Shown one piece after another: positions 1-13,141 of a DNA stretch of 64,000 nucleotides. The notes beneath the pieces are model-generated. The model saw only the letters and a list, made by a program, of their open reading frames with translations. It was not told where the DNA came from and ran no database searches. The position numbers and the translations under genes were made by a program. This DNA comes from Eledone cirrhosa (lineage: Eukaryota). Numbering within the stretch: the stretch's first letter is position 1; each line of letters starts with the position of its first letter. The stretch covers positions 298,778,001-298,842,000 of the forward strand of contig OZ024742.1 of the NCBI GenBank assembly GCA_964016885.1. The letters run 5' to 3'.

Positions 1-2630
1 TTGGACCAGTTCTTCGACGCAAATCACGAGGGCTGCGTTGTCATAAGAAAAATACGTGCTCTAGGTAACAAGGGAGCCAAAGCTGTTAGCTGGGCTCGAG
101 TGACGGAAGTGAAAGTGGCAATGATTGGGTCTTTGGAGGACGCGTGATACGTGATCCGAAGCAGATGTGCAAGGCCTTTCAGTGGCACTTTGCTCAACTG
201 TTCGGGCAGGGCGGCGCGCCGGGAAGGGCTATGGATTTCGCTCCATACCTCGACGGCCTACCGCGACTCTCGGACAGCGAGGCGAAGTTCTGCGAAAGGC
301 CGATTTCGGCTGTGAGATAGGAGACGCGCTGAGCCAATGTGGCAAACGCAAATCTCCAGGTCTCGACGGTCTACTCTACGAATTTTATGTAGCAATGCCT
401 GACTTGTTCTCTGTTCTCCTGGAAGCGGTCTACTGCAATTGGCAGCAGAACGGAAGAATTCCCTATTCTGTGACCAAGGGCGTAGTCACGCTAGTCAGGA
501 AGGACAAGATTAAGGGGGATGACATAGGCAATTTCCGGTACATAACTCTGCTAAACATAGAGTTACAGATTTTGGCAAAGAGGCTGGCGCTTGTCGTCGA
601 AAACCTGGTGGGAAAAGCGCAGACATGCGCAATCCCGACCAGGTCCATACACGACAACCTCCACTTCGTGCGATACATCGTAGTGAGGGTAGGGTGTAAA
701 CTCGGCTTCGGTGGGGCTCTGATCAACTTGGATCAGTCTAAGACTTTCGATAGGGTTGACCATCGTTACCAGGATGCGGTGCTCGAGGTGGCAGGCTTCG
801 GACCCGTGTTCAGGGGCTGGATTGCTGCAATGCACAGCAGCAGCATCTGCTCAAGTGTCAAGGTGAACGGCTAGCTCTCGGAGCCGTTCCATATCACGCG
901 ATCCATCCGACAGGGATGCCCTCTCTCATCCCTTCTGTACGTACTGACTCTCGAGCCACTACTGCGGGAGTTGGAGCTATTGCAGGGCATCCCTCTGGAA
1001 CCGGGACTGCGGAAAGCGGCGTCGGGCTACGCCGACGACGTGACAGTAATGGTGTCGAGCACCTCACAAATCGAGGAAGTCGGCACCTTACTGAAGGAAT
1101 ACGAAAGGTTCACAGGAGCGAAGCTGAACCGGGACAAGTCCATCGATTTACAACTCGGATCGTGGAGAGGCAAACCGAGGCCTTCCGATGGCGTCGTCGG
1201 ACGCTGGACGGAAGAACTGGTGAACCTGCTCGGGGTCTGGTTTGGTCCGGACCTCCAGGCGGAGAAGAACTGGAACGAGGTGACGGCCAATGTGTTTGCA
1301 CTCACCCAGAATGGGCCGAGTGCAAACAATCTTTGAAAGGTCGAGTGGAGGTGGCAAACACTTTTATAGCGACCGCCATCTACTACGCTTAACCGTCGTG
1401 CCTTGTCCAACCAAAACGCTCACCAAAATGGAGCACGCACTCTTCAGAAGCGGGCTCCTTTGGTGAGAAGATCCATCTGCTTCCAACATCCTTCCAACAG
1501 AGGGCTGGGGATGCCGTGGCTGACGATGCGCAAACACGCGCTCAGGCTGCGGCACCTCCACGTATTCCTCACCGGACAACCGGTGTGAGCTCCGTTTGTG
1601 ACGCGAGCCTTCCCACGACTCGTCTCGCTGACCGAGTTGCAGTCCTGGGTGAAGCAAAGACCGAGGAAAATGGGCGACTGGCACATCGAATGTGCTCAGG
1701 CGCTCACAGCCCTCTGGCAGGCGGACCCGGCGATCAGTGGAGACTCCACTTCGTCATTCTATAGAGGGTTGGTCCGCAGCAAGTGCGACACACGCGCTCG
1801 GAGATACTCTAGGCGTAGAGGAAGACGAACTGGCCAGCCTGTTAGTTAGGATCCTCCGCCCGGGACCGATGGACAACTTCCAAAAGTCCCTGGCCTGGCA
1901 ATGTTACAGAGGAGCTCTACCAGTTCGAGACAAGCTCTACAGACACGGGCGCGCGGGCAGGGACCGTTCGAAAAAGATCTGTCCGAGATTCGTGCGAGAC
2001 GAAGAAACAGTCGCGCACGCATTCGTACACCTCGGGCTTTACCGACCTGTGGGGCTATGTAGAACGACTACTGTCGCGGGTGGGACCAATCTGATTGACC
2101 ACCGAATCCATTGTCATGATCAAACCGCCACCCTCCTTCAAAAACGAAGGAGAGGCGGTTTTCCGTTGTGTGATAGCTATGGCGAAAGAGGTTGTATGTT
2201 GGACGAGGTTAAAAGGGCTGAGGTCAGACACCTTTCTCTCCAGCTAACAACTGATTCTTTTTTCCGAATACCACTTTGGTAGAAGAATCAGGATGTAGAG
2301 AGAGGTGCTGTACCCCAGCAAGTTTTATGAAAGGTGGGTGAAAGTGGCGAGAATGGCCCGAGTGAATAGGCCTTCTCTCTATATCAACCTGTAGGTTGAG
2401 GAAAAAGAGGAAGAGAGGAAAGGGTACTCACTCTTCGTACTCCTGGACATGAGGGTTGCACATTTTTTCGGGGGTATGTGTTAACCATATGTTATGTCTC
2501 CCCCTATTGTGGAAAATCGTTTGATTTTTAAATTGCATTTGTGATAGTATTTTACACGTTTTTATTGTATGTAAACTTCCCTCTCTGTATTTGTCCCCTT
2601 CTTTTGTGCGCCTGTGGCTAATAAAGAAAC
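1..2630 (+). mobile_element. Tx1/L1-clade non-LTR retrotransposon copy 1 (ORF2 RT to C-terminus and 3'UTR; disrupted; runs off window start)
   Basis: ORF pieces carry KSPGLDG, FRYITLLN, LDQSKTFDRVDH and GYADD. Colinear with copy 2. Stop at 2392-2394, AATAAA at 2620, then (ATCT)n. Confidence 0.92.
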
Positions 2631-2631
2631 A

Positions 2632-2716
<85 letters not shown>

Positions 2717-2729
2717 ATCTATCTAATCT
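2631..2729 (+). repeat. (ATCT)n microsatellite between Tx1 copies 1 and 2
   Basis: About 24 units read directly. Confidence 0.98.
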
Positions 2730-2957
2730 AGCTGTCGTCTGTTCTACAGCGTTGATGTAATTCACTTCGCGCAGAAGTTTTGTTAAAATTTATTGCGGAA
2801 ATTTTGTAAGTTCAATTTTAATTTTGATACTATTGTGTAGCTTGACCCCCCGTCTGAACTGTCAGGCGGTGGGTCAGCTCATCTTTAGCCCTCCTAGGGG
2901 TGAAAAACCTGTTTTTTAAAATTTTGTGGCATAAAAAATTTCAATCGTCTGACAGAA

Positions 2958-4865
2958 ATGTTAAACGAAGCTAACGAAAATAGTGGTGGGGGGACAGCGG
3001 TAAGAGTTGTAAGCTCGCACGCTTTAGTCCCCCCTTCCTTCCCAACTAACGTCATAGAGAAGGAAAGAAAAAATGAAATAAAAACAGACGAATCTGCGGA
3101 GAAAAATGACGAAAACACAAATCTGGACATTGATTCCAACAACGAAAAAAAACAAATTTGAAAAATTGCATGACAATATTAATACCACAAACAAAGACAC
3201 GACAAACACAAAAATAACATTTGAAAACAACATCATAACAGAAAGCAAAGCAGACGACAAAGTCAACACCAATAATATTTCATTTGCACAAACAACAAAG
3301 AAATCTTTGACATATATACCTGAAAATATTTCAGATGTGGCACAAAGAATTACAGACGCCAAACAATATATAACTGAAGGAGAGAATGGTATTTTATCGG
3401 TAAAAATGCCTCAAGAACTCACCAAAGACATTGAAAGTCGAACGGTCGTTTTCCGCACCATCAACAACATTTCTAAAAAACCTGAACAGCCAACTCAAAC
3501 AGAAATCAAAACAGTACTTACAGAAGTACTTAATGAAACCACTTTCATGAAAAGACAGACTGTATGGAAGCCTAGCGATTATTATGAAGAACGAATCGGC
3601 GGCAAAAAAATGTGCTTTGTCACCGATTCGTTCGAAAAATTTTACCTTTTATCCATCTTATATGGGTAAAAGAACTCAGCACATATGGCTGGATGCAATG
3701 ATGCCAGATGTGGACTACTGCTGGCTCATAGCTGGCTTCATCGATCCAGCGAATGACAACGTGATTTCCATTGGGAAAACCACAGGCAATGCGTTCAGTG
3801 GAACAGGTATAGAACTTGTAGTGCAAATGAAGCCTGAACGCATCGCCCAAATACCCGACAGAATCCTATTAGAGGGCCACGGGTATATAAACATTAGCGT
3901 GGAGGGGAGAAGACCGTCCTGTCATATCTGTGCAGGCAGAGGGCACCTGAAGGCGGCTTGTCCCCAACTCAACAAAAAGAAAACCCTGCTACCAACACCA
4001 GCTCCACACCACCACCACAACAGATAAACAAACAACAAAACTCAGTCCCACCCAACCCGTCCCTCAGTAAAACTACACCACCACCACAACACAAACAGTC
4101 ACAACACATTACCCCAAAACAAAATACAGGCCCACCCAATCCCTCACTCAATAAAACAACACAACCACCGCAGACACAACACACAACACAGTCTAACATA
4201 GTGACATCCATCTCCCCCACAAAGAAAACCAACACGGAAACATTACCAGCAAACATACCTCTTCCCTCCAACACTGAAGATAACCCAACGAATTCGGAGG
4301 AAGAAACGGAGTCCTTCAGACAGATTAAAAGGAAAAAAAGAAAACATGTGCAAAACACACAAGGCAAACAACCCCCACCCAAATGTCAACACAATCCAAC
4401 AAAACACAAAACACCCCTCCAGCAACAAACAAAACCAAACCTGCTCCTCCCCTCTTTGAAACACTCACACCATCCGAAAAAAAGACATTACACTATACTT
4501 ACATCAACAGAAACAATAATAAATTAAATGATCTCATATACAATAATCCTTCGGTACAAACCGAAGGTGTAAACTTTGTTTCTTCAGAAAACTACCTACA
4601 TTTAAAATTAATAAAGATCCCAACGAACCTCTACCAAAAACTAAAAAAGGATTTTAAGGAGGACGTAGGACAACCCTCTGTCAAACCCATAAACCGCGTC
4701 CTACTAAAAAGCTTTCCCCCTCCCCTTCCCCTCCCCAACACAACTCCAAACACCCCAACCCCACCACACACTGACGACCCCACACCACCACAAGACACCC
4801 CTTCACCCAACACCCCCGACCCCATGGAAGTCGTGCGATCCGAACCCCGGGAAGCAGAAAGGTAG
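2958..4865 (+). pseudogene. Tx1 ORF1, gag-like zinc-knuckle protein, frameshifted
   Basis: Overlapping ORFs 2958-3161, 3106-3669, 3584-4027, 3958-4527 and 4383-4865. CHICAGRGHLKAAC is a CX2CX4HX4C knuckle. Pro/Thr-rich C-terminus. Confidence 0.82.
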
Positions 4866-4898
4866 GTCTCTATACTCTCCTTTGGCTTTGCCGCCCAC

Positions 4899-7800
4899 AT
4901 GGATGTGGTAAGAGTAGGATGTTTGAATGCACGTGGCCTGGGCTCAACTTGGAAGCAAGCAAAGCTTCTAAATGACCTCAGGGGGATTGGAATGACATCC
5001 TAGATGCACGTTGGGACTATGCAGGAGCATGTCCTAATAGAGGGAGGTGTAACAGCCTCAAGGGGTTACTCGACCGTTTTATTTTGGTCGATAGATATCG
5101 ACTAGATTTTCCAACTGTGCCTACCTGGACTTGGACGAACCACAGTGGTCAATATAGATCGTACTTAGATAGATTCTTAGTTAGAAGTAAGGATAGGTAC
5201 ATATTAAGCTGTCCAGAAATGCTCACGGTTGGCTATACGGATCACAAATTAGTGACCTGCGTAGTCAATCTCGAGAAAACACATAAACAGGGTCCCGGTT
5301 ACTGGAAACTTGTCTTTACCGGCAAAAGAGACATACAGAAACCGGATTAGCAGATTAGTTAAGGAGAGGTTGACGGTGCAATCGTCAACAACCGATGGTG
5401 GGCATCTCTCAAAAGAGAGATTAGAACAGAATCAATAAGTTATAGCAAGATGTTAGCTGCCGATAGGAATAGAAACGAGAAAGAATTAACAGGTAAATTA
5501 GAAGAGGCAATCAAGAGCGAAGATGTGGCCAGAGTGCTGGCATCGAGGACGGCATTGAACCAGTTTTTCGATGCAAAGAACGAAGGCTGCGTCATTCGAA
5601 GTAAAATACGTGCTCTAGGTAATGAGGGGGCCAAAGCTGTTGGCTGGGCCCGCGTGACAGAAGCTAAGAGTGGAAATCGATCCACCATCCGGTCGTTGCA
5701 AGACGAGGATGGACGGGTGATCCGGGAGCCTAAGCAGATGTGCGAGGCCTTTCAAAGGCACTTTGCCCGATTATTCGGGGGAGGCGAGTGTCCGGGCGGG
5801 GACGTGGATTTCGGTCCATACCTCGACGGCCTGCCGCGTCTCTCGAGCGAAGAGGCAGAGTCCTGCGAAGGACCAATCTCGGCTGATGAGATCGGGGATG
5901 CGCTGAGCCAATGCAGCAGACGCAAATCTCCAGGTCTCGATGGTATACCTTACGAACTTTATTTAGCAATGCCGGTCTTCTTCTCCGAACTCCTCGAAGC
6001 GGTCTACTGCAATTGGCAGCAGAACGGGAGAATTCCTTGTTCTGTAGCCAAGGGCGTAGTCTCGCTGGTGAGGAAGGACGAGAAGAAGGGGGATAGTATA
6101 AATAATTTTCGGCCCATAACTCTGCTAAACACAGAGTTAAAGATTTTGGCCAAGGCGTTAGCAAAGAGGTTGGCGCTTGTCGTGGGTAGCCTGGTGGGAG
6201 ATGCGCAGACATGTGCTATCCCATCCAGGTCCATTCACGATAACCTCCACCTCATGCGATACATCATAGAGAGGGTTGGCAACAAACCCGGCTTCGGTGG
6301 GGCCCTGATCAACTTGGATCAGTCTAAGGCCTTCGATAGGGTCGACCATGGTTACCTGGATGCGGTGCTAGCGGCGGCTGGGTTCGGTCCTGTTTTCAGA
6401 GGCTGGATCACTGCCTTACATAGCAACCACGTCTGTTCTAGGATCAAGGTGAACGGCTACCTTTCGAAGCCGTTCGAAATCACACGATCCATTCGACAGG
6501 GGTGCCCTCTCTCCTCCCTTCTGTACGTATTGACTCTCGAGCCTTTACTGAGGAAGTTGGAGTTGTTGCAGGGTATCCCCCTGGAACCAGGATTGAGCAA
6601 AGCGGTGTCGGCCTACGCCGATGACGTAACAGTAATGGTATCGACCGACTCGGAGATCGAGGCGATCGGTACCTTACTGGAGTATTACGAAAGGTTGTCA
6701 GGAGCGAAACTGAACCAGGAAAAATCCATCGGGCTGCAACTCGGAACGTGGAGAGGCAGACCGATGCCTCCCGACGGTGTCGTCGGACATTGGACGGAGG
6801 GCCCGGTAAAGTTGCTTGGGGTCTGGTTTGGACCGGACCTCCAGGTGGAAAAGAACTGGGACGAGGTTACGAACAAGGTGTTTGCACTAACCCAGAAATG
6901 GGCCAAGTGTAAGCTGTCCCTAAAAGGCCGGGCGGAGGTGGCGAACATTTACATAGCGTCTGTCACTTACTACCGCCTGACTGTCGTGCCTTGCCCTAAG
7001 GAAACACTCACCACCATGGAACGCATGCTCTTCCAATTTCTTTGGAAGAAACGCCCTCCTATGGTGAGAAGATCCATCTGCTGCCAACAACCTTCGAAAG
7101 GAGGGCTGGGGATGCCGTGGTTGATGATGCGTAGGCACGCATTAAGGCTACAGCACCTACAGGTATTCCTCACTGGTCAACCGGTGTGGGCTCCGTTCGT
7201 GAAACGAGCCTTTCCGAGACTCGTCTCGCTCACCGAGCTGCAGTCATGGGTCAAGCAAAGATCCGGAAAACTGGGAGACTGGCACACTGAGTGTGCTCAG
7301 GCGCTCAGGGCTCTCTGGCAAGCGGGCCATGCCATCGGTGGAGAATCCACCTCATCATTCTATAGAGGGCTGGTGGCTAGCAGGGGCGATGACACCCTTG
7401 GAGAGTCGCTGGACATGGAAGAGGACGAACTGGCCAGCCTGTTCGGTAGGACTTTCGGCCCGGGACCAATGGACAACTTCCAGAAGTCACTAGCCTGGCA
7501 GTGCTACCGGGGGGCTCTACCCGTTCGAGAGAGGCTCTACAGACACGGGCGCCCGGGCAGGGATCCCTCGAAAAAGATTTTCCCTAGATGCGTGCGTCAC
7601 GAAGAAACCGTTGCGCACGCATTGGTGTAATGTCCGGGCGTGGCTGATCTGTGGGGCTACGCCGAACGACTGCTGTCGCGGGTAGCACCGATTTGATTGA
7701 CCGCCGAGTCCGTGATGACAATCAAACCGCCTCCCCTCTTCACAAAGGAAGCAAAGGCGGTTTTTCTGTGCGTAATAGCCATGTTGAAAGAGGTTGTTTG

Positions 7801-7996
7801 GTGGACACGATTGTAAGGTCTGAGGTCAGGCAACTTCCTCTCTGGCCATAGTCTGGTCTACTTCTTCCGATATCACTTCGGAAGAAGGATAAGAATAGAG
7901 AGAGAGGTGCTTGGCCACAGCCAGTTTTATGAAAGGTGGGTGATAGTGGCGAGAATGGCTCGTGTAAATGGGCCTTCTCTGTATACCATCCTGTAG
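4899..7996 (+). pseudogene. Tx1 ORF2: APE endonuclease (internally deleted), reverse transcriptase, C-terminal Cys/His region
   Basis: ATG 4899 gives MDVVRVGCLNARGL. GDWN, SYLDRFLV and TDHK are APE motifs. The 726-aa ORF 5450-7630 has RPITLLN, DQSKAFD, QGCPLS and YADD. Premature TAA at 7630; native stop at 7994-7996. Confidence 0.92.
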
Positions 7997-8207
7997 GTAA
8001 AGAAGTGAAGGAGAGGGGAGCACCTTCTCCATGTGCTCCCCGGGCAAAGGATTGCACACTTTTTCGGGGGTGTGTGCAACCTCCACCACATCCCCTCCCT
8101 TTTGAGGTTGTTTTCGATTATTTTCATTTTATACCCTTTTTACTCGATTGTATGTAAACTCCCCCTTTGTGTCCCTTCTTTTTATGCCTTTATGGTAAAT
8201 AAAGAAA

Positions 8208-8213
8208 TATATC

Positions 8214-8244
<31 letters not shown>

Positions 8245-8250
8245 CTATCT
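8208..8250 (+). repeat. (ATCT)n microsatellite between Tx1 copies 2 and 3
   Basis: Read directly. Confidence 0.97.
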
Positions 8251-9075
8251 AGCACCTCGAGTGGCTTCAGGTGCTCACAGCCCTCTACCAATCGGAAACG
8301 GCAACCAGCGGAGACTCCGCTTCGACATTCTATAGGGGATTAGTGGAGGATAAGTGCGACGACGTTCTCGTGGAAACTCTAGGCATCGAGGAAGACGAAC
8401 TGACCATTCTGTTCGGTAGGACTTTCCGTCCAGGGCCTATGGATAATTTCCAGAGGTCTCTGGCCTGGCAATGCTACCGAGGAGCTCTACCAGTTCGAGA
8501 CAAATTCTACAGGCACGGACGCCCTGGCAGAGATCCTGCCAAAAGAACCTGTCCAAGATGCGAGCAGGACATCGAAAGCGTTCTGCACGCAATTGTTCAG
8601 TGCCCAGGGGTGACCGACCTGTGGAATTATGTCGAACAGCTACTGTCACGTATAGAACGCATCCAGTTGTCAGCCGAGTCCATCGTGAGGATCACCCCGC
8701 CGCCTTCATTTAAGAATGAAGGAGAGGTGGTCTTCCTCTGTCTGGTGGCTATGGCGAAAGAGGTAATATGGTGGACGAGGTTAAAAGGACTGAGGGCAAA
8801 AAGCTTTCTCTCCGGACAACAACTTATCCCCTTTAAGTACCACTTCAGAAGGCAGGTGAGAATGGAGAGAGAGGTTCTACTACCGAGTAAATTCGCTGAA
8901 AGGTAGGTGAATGTGTGGAAAATGGCCCGAGTGAATGGGCCTTCTCTGTATATAAACCTGTAGGTTGAGGAAGATGAACAGAGGGAAGACGGGAACACTT
9001 ACAAAACGTGTTCCTGGTGTTGAGTGTTGTTCTATCCACGGGGTGTAGAACAACCCTGCAGTAACGTTTCAATTG
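8251..9075 (+). mobile_element. 5'-truncated Tx1 copy 3 (ORF2 C-terminus and 3'UTR)
   Basis: ORF 8271-8906 (PGPMDNFQRSLAWQCYRGALPVRD, CPRC...H...C) is homologous to copies 1 and 2. Stop at 8961-8963. Confidence 0.9.
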
Positions 9076-9657
9076 TTATTTTATTATATATAGTTTATTG
9101 TTATTTATTATTTATCTCTCCGTCTGTCTCTCACACTCTCTCAGTGTATATGTAATGCAGTGTGTCGCATGCATCTTTGATTGCGCTTTGCTTTATTGTG
9201 ATTTTTCCTAATGTTGCTTTGATACCATATGTATTCATTTCATCGTTGACATCATTGCCATTTTGTTGATTTTATTTAATACGTGTCAATATACCGCCTT
9301 CGATAGCTATGTTGCTAGAAGATCAAACCATGAAATCATTTTTCTTCGTTTCACCAAGACTTATAGGAAGCTCTTCTCAACTGCTGTCTTTTCCTATTTT
9401 CATATCGGAATTATTATTTTGTATATGACAGTCAGTCGCTGGTTGTAGAATTCCCGCTATCACTTTTAAATTTACAATATCTGCCGCTGTGGCATGATTG
9501 TAACCACTCTCGTTTTTGCGCTGAGTCTGGGTGTCATTAACTTTTATAATGTGGATTTTCATTCTATTATTATTTGCGATACCCGCGAAGCTATCACCTT
9601 AGATATACTTCTGTGATGATGTGCTCTCTATTTCCATGCCTCGAATATAATGAATAT

Positions 9658-9831
9658 AATTGTTTCTACTTTTGGCACAAGCCCAGTACATTACTGGTAC
9701 TTTATTTTATCGACCCCGTAAGGATGAAAGGCAAAGTTAACCTTGGTGGGATTTGAACTCAGACCATAAAGGGCCGTAACTCTTTGCTGCAAAGCATGGC
9801 GACCGACTCTCTACTGATACTGCCAATCCAC
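9658..9831 (-). mobile_element. tRNA-derived SINE
   Basis: Minus strand shows A-box-like TGGCAGTATCAG, B-box GAGTTCAAATCC and body GCCTTTCATCCTTACGGGGTCGATAAAATAAAGTACCAG. Flanked by ATGAATATAAT duplication. Confidence 0.88.
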
Positions 9832-10314
9832 ATGAATATAATATTAATTTGTCAGAACCATTTTACATAAATTTGATCGCATTGTATCGAGGTTTGTATA
9901 CTTTCTCATCTCGATTCCCAACAGGGCTGCTTTGCTCATCCCATTGAAAGTTCATTATGTTGCATACGCAAGTGTTGTTGTTGCCTTTGTTGATCGAGGA
10001 TTCATCTTCCACACCGCTTCTCGTAGGTTTCATGAGGTCCGTTCATGGTTCTTACCGAGTTAAGTGCTGATCTATCGCATTACCACATCTCGATGAGATT
10101 TATGCTGGTATTGCAGTATTTTCCATCTTCCCTTGCTATATGATAGCGAGTTATGGTGAATGAACATTGATATCTTCAAAAAGCTTCAGGCATTCACAAA
10201 CAAGGCACTGTTGAGAAATATTCGTTAAGGCACTCAAAAATTTTGTAGACATTAAATATCGAAAAATTAGGAGCAACAAATATCTCTAGTATTCATCAAC
10301 CGAATGGTGAAGAG

Positions 10315-11275
10315 ACAGATGGCTGCCCCCTCGTTATCGAGTATGGCCATTGCACGAGAAAGAACCCCCACCCCCAAAAAACATAATAATAATAAATATA
10401 ATAATAATAACAACAATAATAATAACGACAACAATAATAATATACATACACACACACACATCCACACACACACACGATAGCAATTAACAGCGCTGCGATC
10501 GAATGTGGCTTTTTAGCCCAGCCAATGATCTAAAATGTTTTGCACAGAGTTGGCAACAAAACATTCACTGGGAATAGCCGGCTGTGGTTGGAGTTCATGT
10601 ACTTTTGCAAGACGTTTGAGGCCTCCTGCTGATTTACATTCTTTACCACATGCTTGGCAAGCATAATGAGTAGCATCTCCAACAGCAGCCTGGTAGTCAA
10701 CTACTGGTCTCACTTTATGACTGTGAAGATGACTTTCGAGTCCAGCTTTGCTTAGGCAGAGTCTCGCACAGACGCTGCATGTCAGCGCCATAAGAGGACC
10801 CTCGCCGTCTGGAAATGCAACAGTAATGCCCTTCCGCATATCCCGCTTTACTTTCTCGTATGCGATTCGAGATGCCTCAAAGGCAACTTTCCCCTCATAT
10901 GCAGTATTTCTCCATTTATTACGACCAGCAGCAACATTTACCCATGTATCAGCAGAGATGTTAGCGTCTTTCAAAGAGGCTTTGAAGGAATACTTATACC
11001 TCTTTTTTGGTTTATGTGGAGGTCCTTTTCCTTTAACTACTCTCCATAAAAGAGTTGTTTTGGTATTGTGGAATCCTTCATCCTGGCAAGGTGACCACTC
11101 CAACGGAGTCTTTGCTTAAGCATAAGAGCTTCTATACTATCACACTGAGAGCTTTCCAATATCTCGACATCACTGACGTGGTCCCTCCAGTGAATGCCAT
11201 GGATCCATCTGAGACACCACCTTAAACAATTGGAGCGTTTCCATCAGATGTGTCTCAGACAAATCCATGGCGTTC

Positions 11276-11277
<2 letters not shown>
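10315..11277 (-). mobile_element. 5'-truncated RTE/BovB-like LINE with C-terminal C2H2 fingers and a short 5' inversion
   Basis: ORF 10513-11103 has CSVC...HLHSH and CQAC motifs. Segment 11077-11218 matches 33960-34100. The 3' end GATGGCTGCCCCCTCGTTATCGAGTATGGCCATTGCA is shared with 33642-33678. Confidence 0.85.
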
Positions 11278-11318
<41 letters not shown>

Positions 11319-12009
11319 AAGAATGAAGAGTAACATGGTTGGCTGTACAATAAGGGGCTTTATTTAAAGTAGACAATTGTTTTGTTGATCAGGTGAGTCT
11401 AGAGTTCGCTAATCGCTTGAGGTTGCGTCACTCGATTACCAATACATTATTTAACTCTGGTCAAGACATCAGAGTACGTAGATATGAAAATAATTCACTC
11501 GAGGCAAGACTTATATAGAAAAATAGTGTATAATCAAAACAATAACATCAATAATAAAACATATATGGTAAATAGGTAGAGAAGTTACAGATGTAAAAAG
11601 TAAAAGATAAGATAGGTTACATTAAAAAAATAAGAAAATGAGAAAATGGAAAATATAAATAATTAAATAAGTGAGAGCGTGTAAGTACATAGTATGTTAG
11701 TAGTAGTTTTTGAGTAAGTGTTCTTATAAGGATTCGTTGATGGGTTTAGTGCTAACATGAGAAACCAGATTCGAGATGTACATAGATCCAGTTAGAGGGT
11801 CCGATGTAGTGACAGATAAAAGAAAAAACAATAAATTAGAGATTAATTGGTGGATACATGTATGAGATTTATGGGCTAGGGATGACGGGACGTTTGATAA
11901 ACGCTTGTTGTAAATGTTTTGCTGATTGTTCTATCTTAATGGGGTTGATGTTGTTTATATGGAACCGACCTCAGTTACTTCGGATGACGAATATTCTAGC
12001 TATTCTGAT

Positions 12010-12115
12010 TTTCGGACCAGCTTGCTTATGAAATTAACGTGTAAGTGGCTGAACATTCTACTGACACCTGTACTGATAACATAGTCGTCGAGGGATTCAG
12101 CGAGATACAGCGTGG
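12010..12115. repeat. Dispersed repeat fragment (related copy at about 45883-45990)
   Basis: Both loci share GCTTG...ATTAACGTGTAAGTG.C.GAACATT...ACAC.TGTAC. Confidence 0.6.
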
Positions 12116-13036
12116 AACTCGAGCAACGAGGAAGAGAAACCACGACTTTACGATCAAGGGCCGAATTCACTAACCACAAAGCTACGAACATTCACGACAT
12201 TAAAGTATGTATCAGATGATTATACGATGAATCTTCATTATAAATCTGGTGTTTCATACCTATGTAAAGAATTATTAGTACAATTATTGTCATTTTTTCT
12301 TTTTTTTTTGTTCTTTCAAAGCTAAACATGAATCATCAAAGTGGGCGTTTTATGCCTGATTTCTTTTAAACAGAAAATAATGATAATGAGGATTTCGCAA
12401 AATTACAACACAAAATTGACATGGAAACAACGCTAAAAGTTTATCTAATGCTATAAATTAACAATAAAGAATCTACTACCTTACATCAGAAGTTAATACT
12501 TCATAAAAACATGAATTCGGAATTAAGCAGTAAGATGGTTTGTTGCTCTTGTAAAACCGTGCTACATTTCTTTTAAGGACAACAGGACAGCCCTGAAAGT
12601 TACGGAGGTCAGAAAGGCGCATTACGGAACATAAAAGAATTACATTTTAATACAAAATTGTATAATCAACTAAAATATATAATTTCCTGCGATTAATATA
12701 TAAATCACTGAATATCTGACGTCGATCAGCGCTGTGAAAATATACGAAGCCGAGGAAAGGATCCTATGGTGCGATGGCATGTCACATGATTTGGCGTTGA
12801 CTGTGTTGTAGAAAATGCAAGCTTAGGAATTTTCCTAGAGTGCTCAGAGAAAGAAGTGTCGATAATTAGCTTTGTCAGCTTACCAACATATAAGCTGAAA
12901 TTAGTTATTTGGGGATGCTATAAGCCAGGCTCCGATACTGATAAGGAATTATTTCACAAATTAATCATATTATATTTGTTCAATCCCATGCCTTTCTCTC
13001 TCTCAGGCACCACTCCTTCTCTCTCCCTCTCTTTAT

Positions 13037-13119
<83 letters not shown>

Positions 13120-13141
13120 ATACACAAACACACACACACAC
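13037..13141. repeat. (CA)n(TA)n compound microsatellite
   Basis: Read directly. Confidence 0.95.

Larger units (their letters stand above)
2730..8207 (+). mobile_element. Near full-length Tx1/L1-clade element copy 2 (5'UTR, ORF1, ORF2, 3'UTR)
   Basis: Bounded by (ATCT)n on both sides. Gag-like ORF1 followed by APE-RT ORF2. AATAAA at 8198. Confidence 0.93.

Noticed and set aside
9870-10260. Possible degraded minus-strand LINE RT fragment (TTLAYA)
   Set aside because: Too decayed to support without a profile search.
11325-11480. Minus-strand hammerhead-like motif (CTGATGT...AAAAC aatt GTC)
   Set aside because: Two core changes and no convincing stem I. At best a decayed pLTR.
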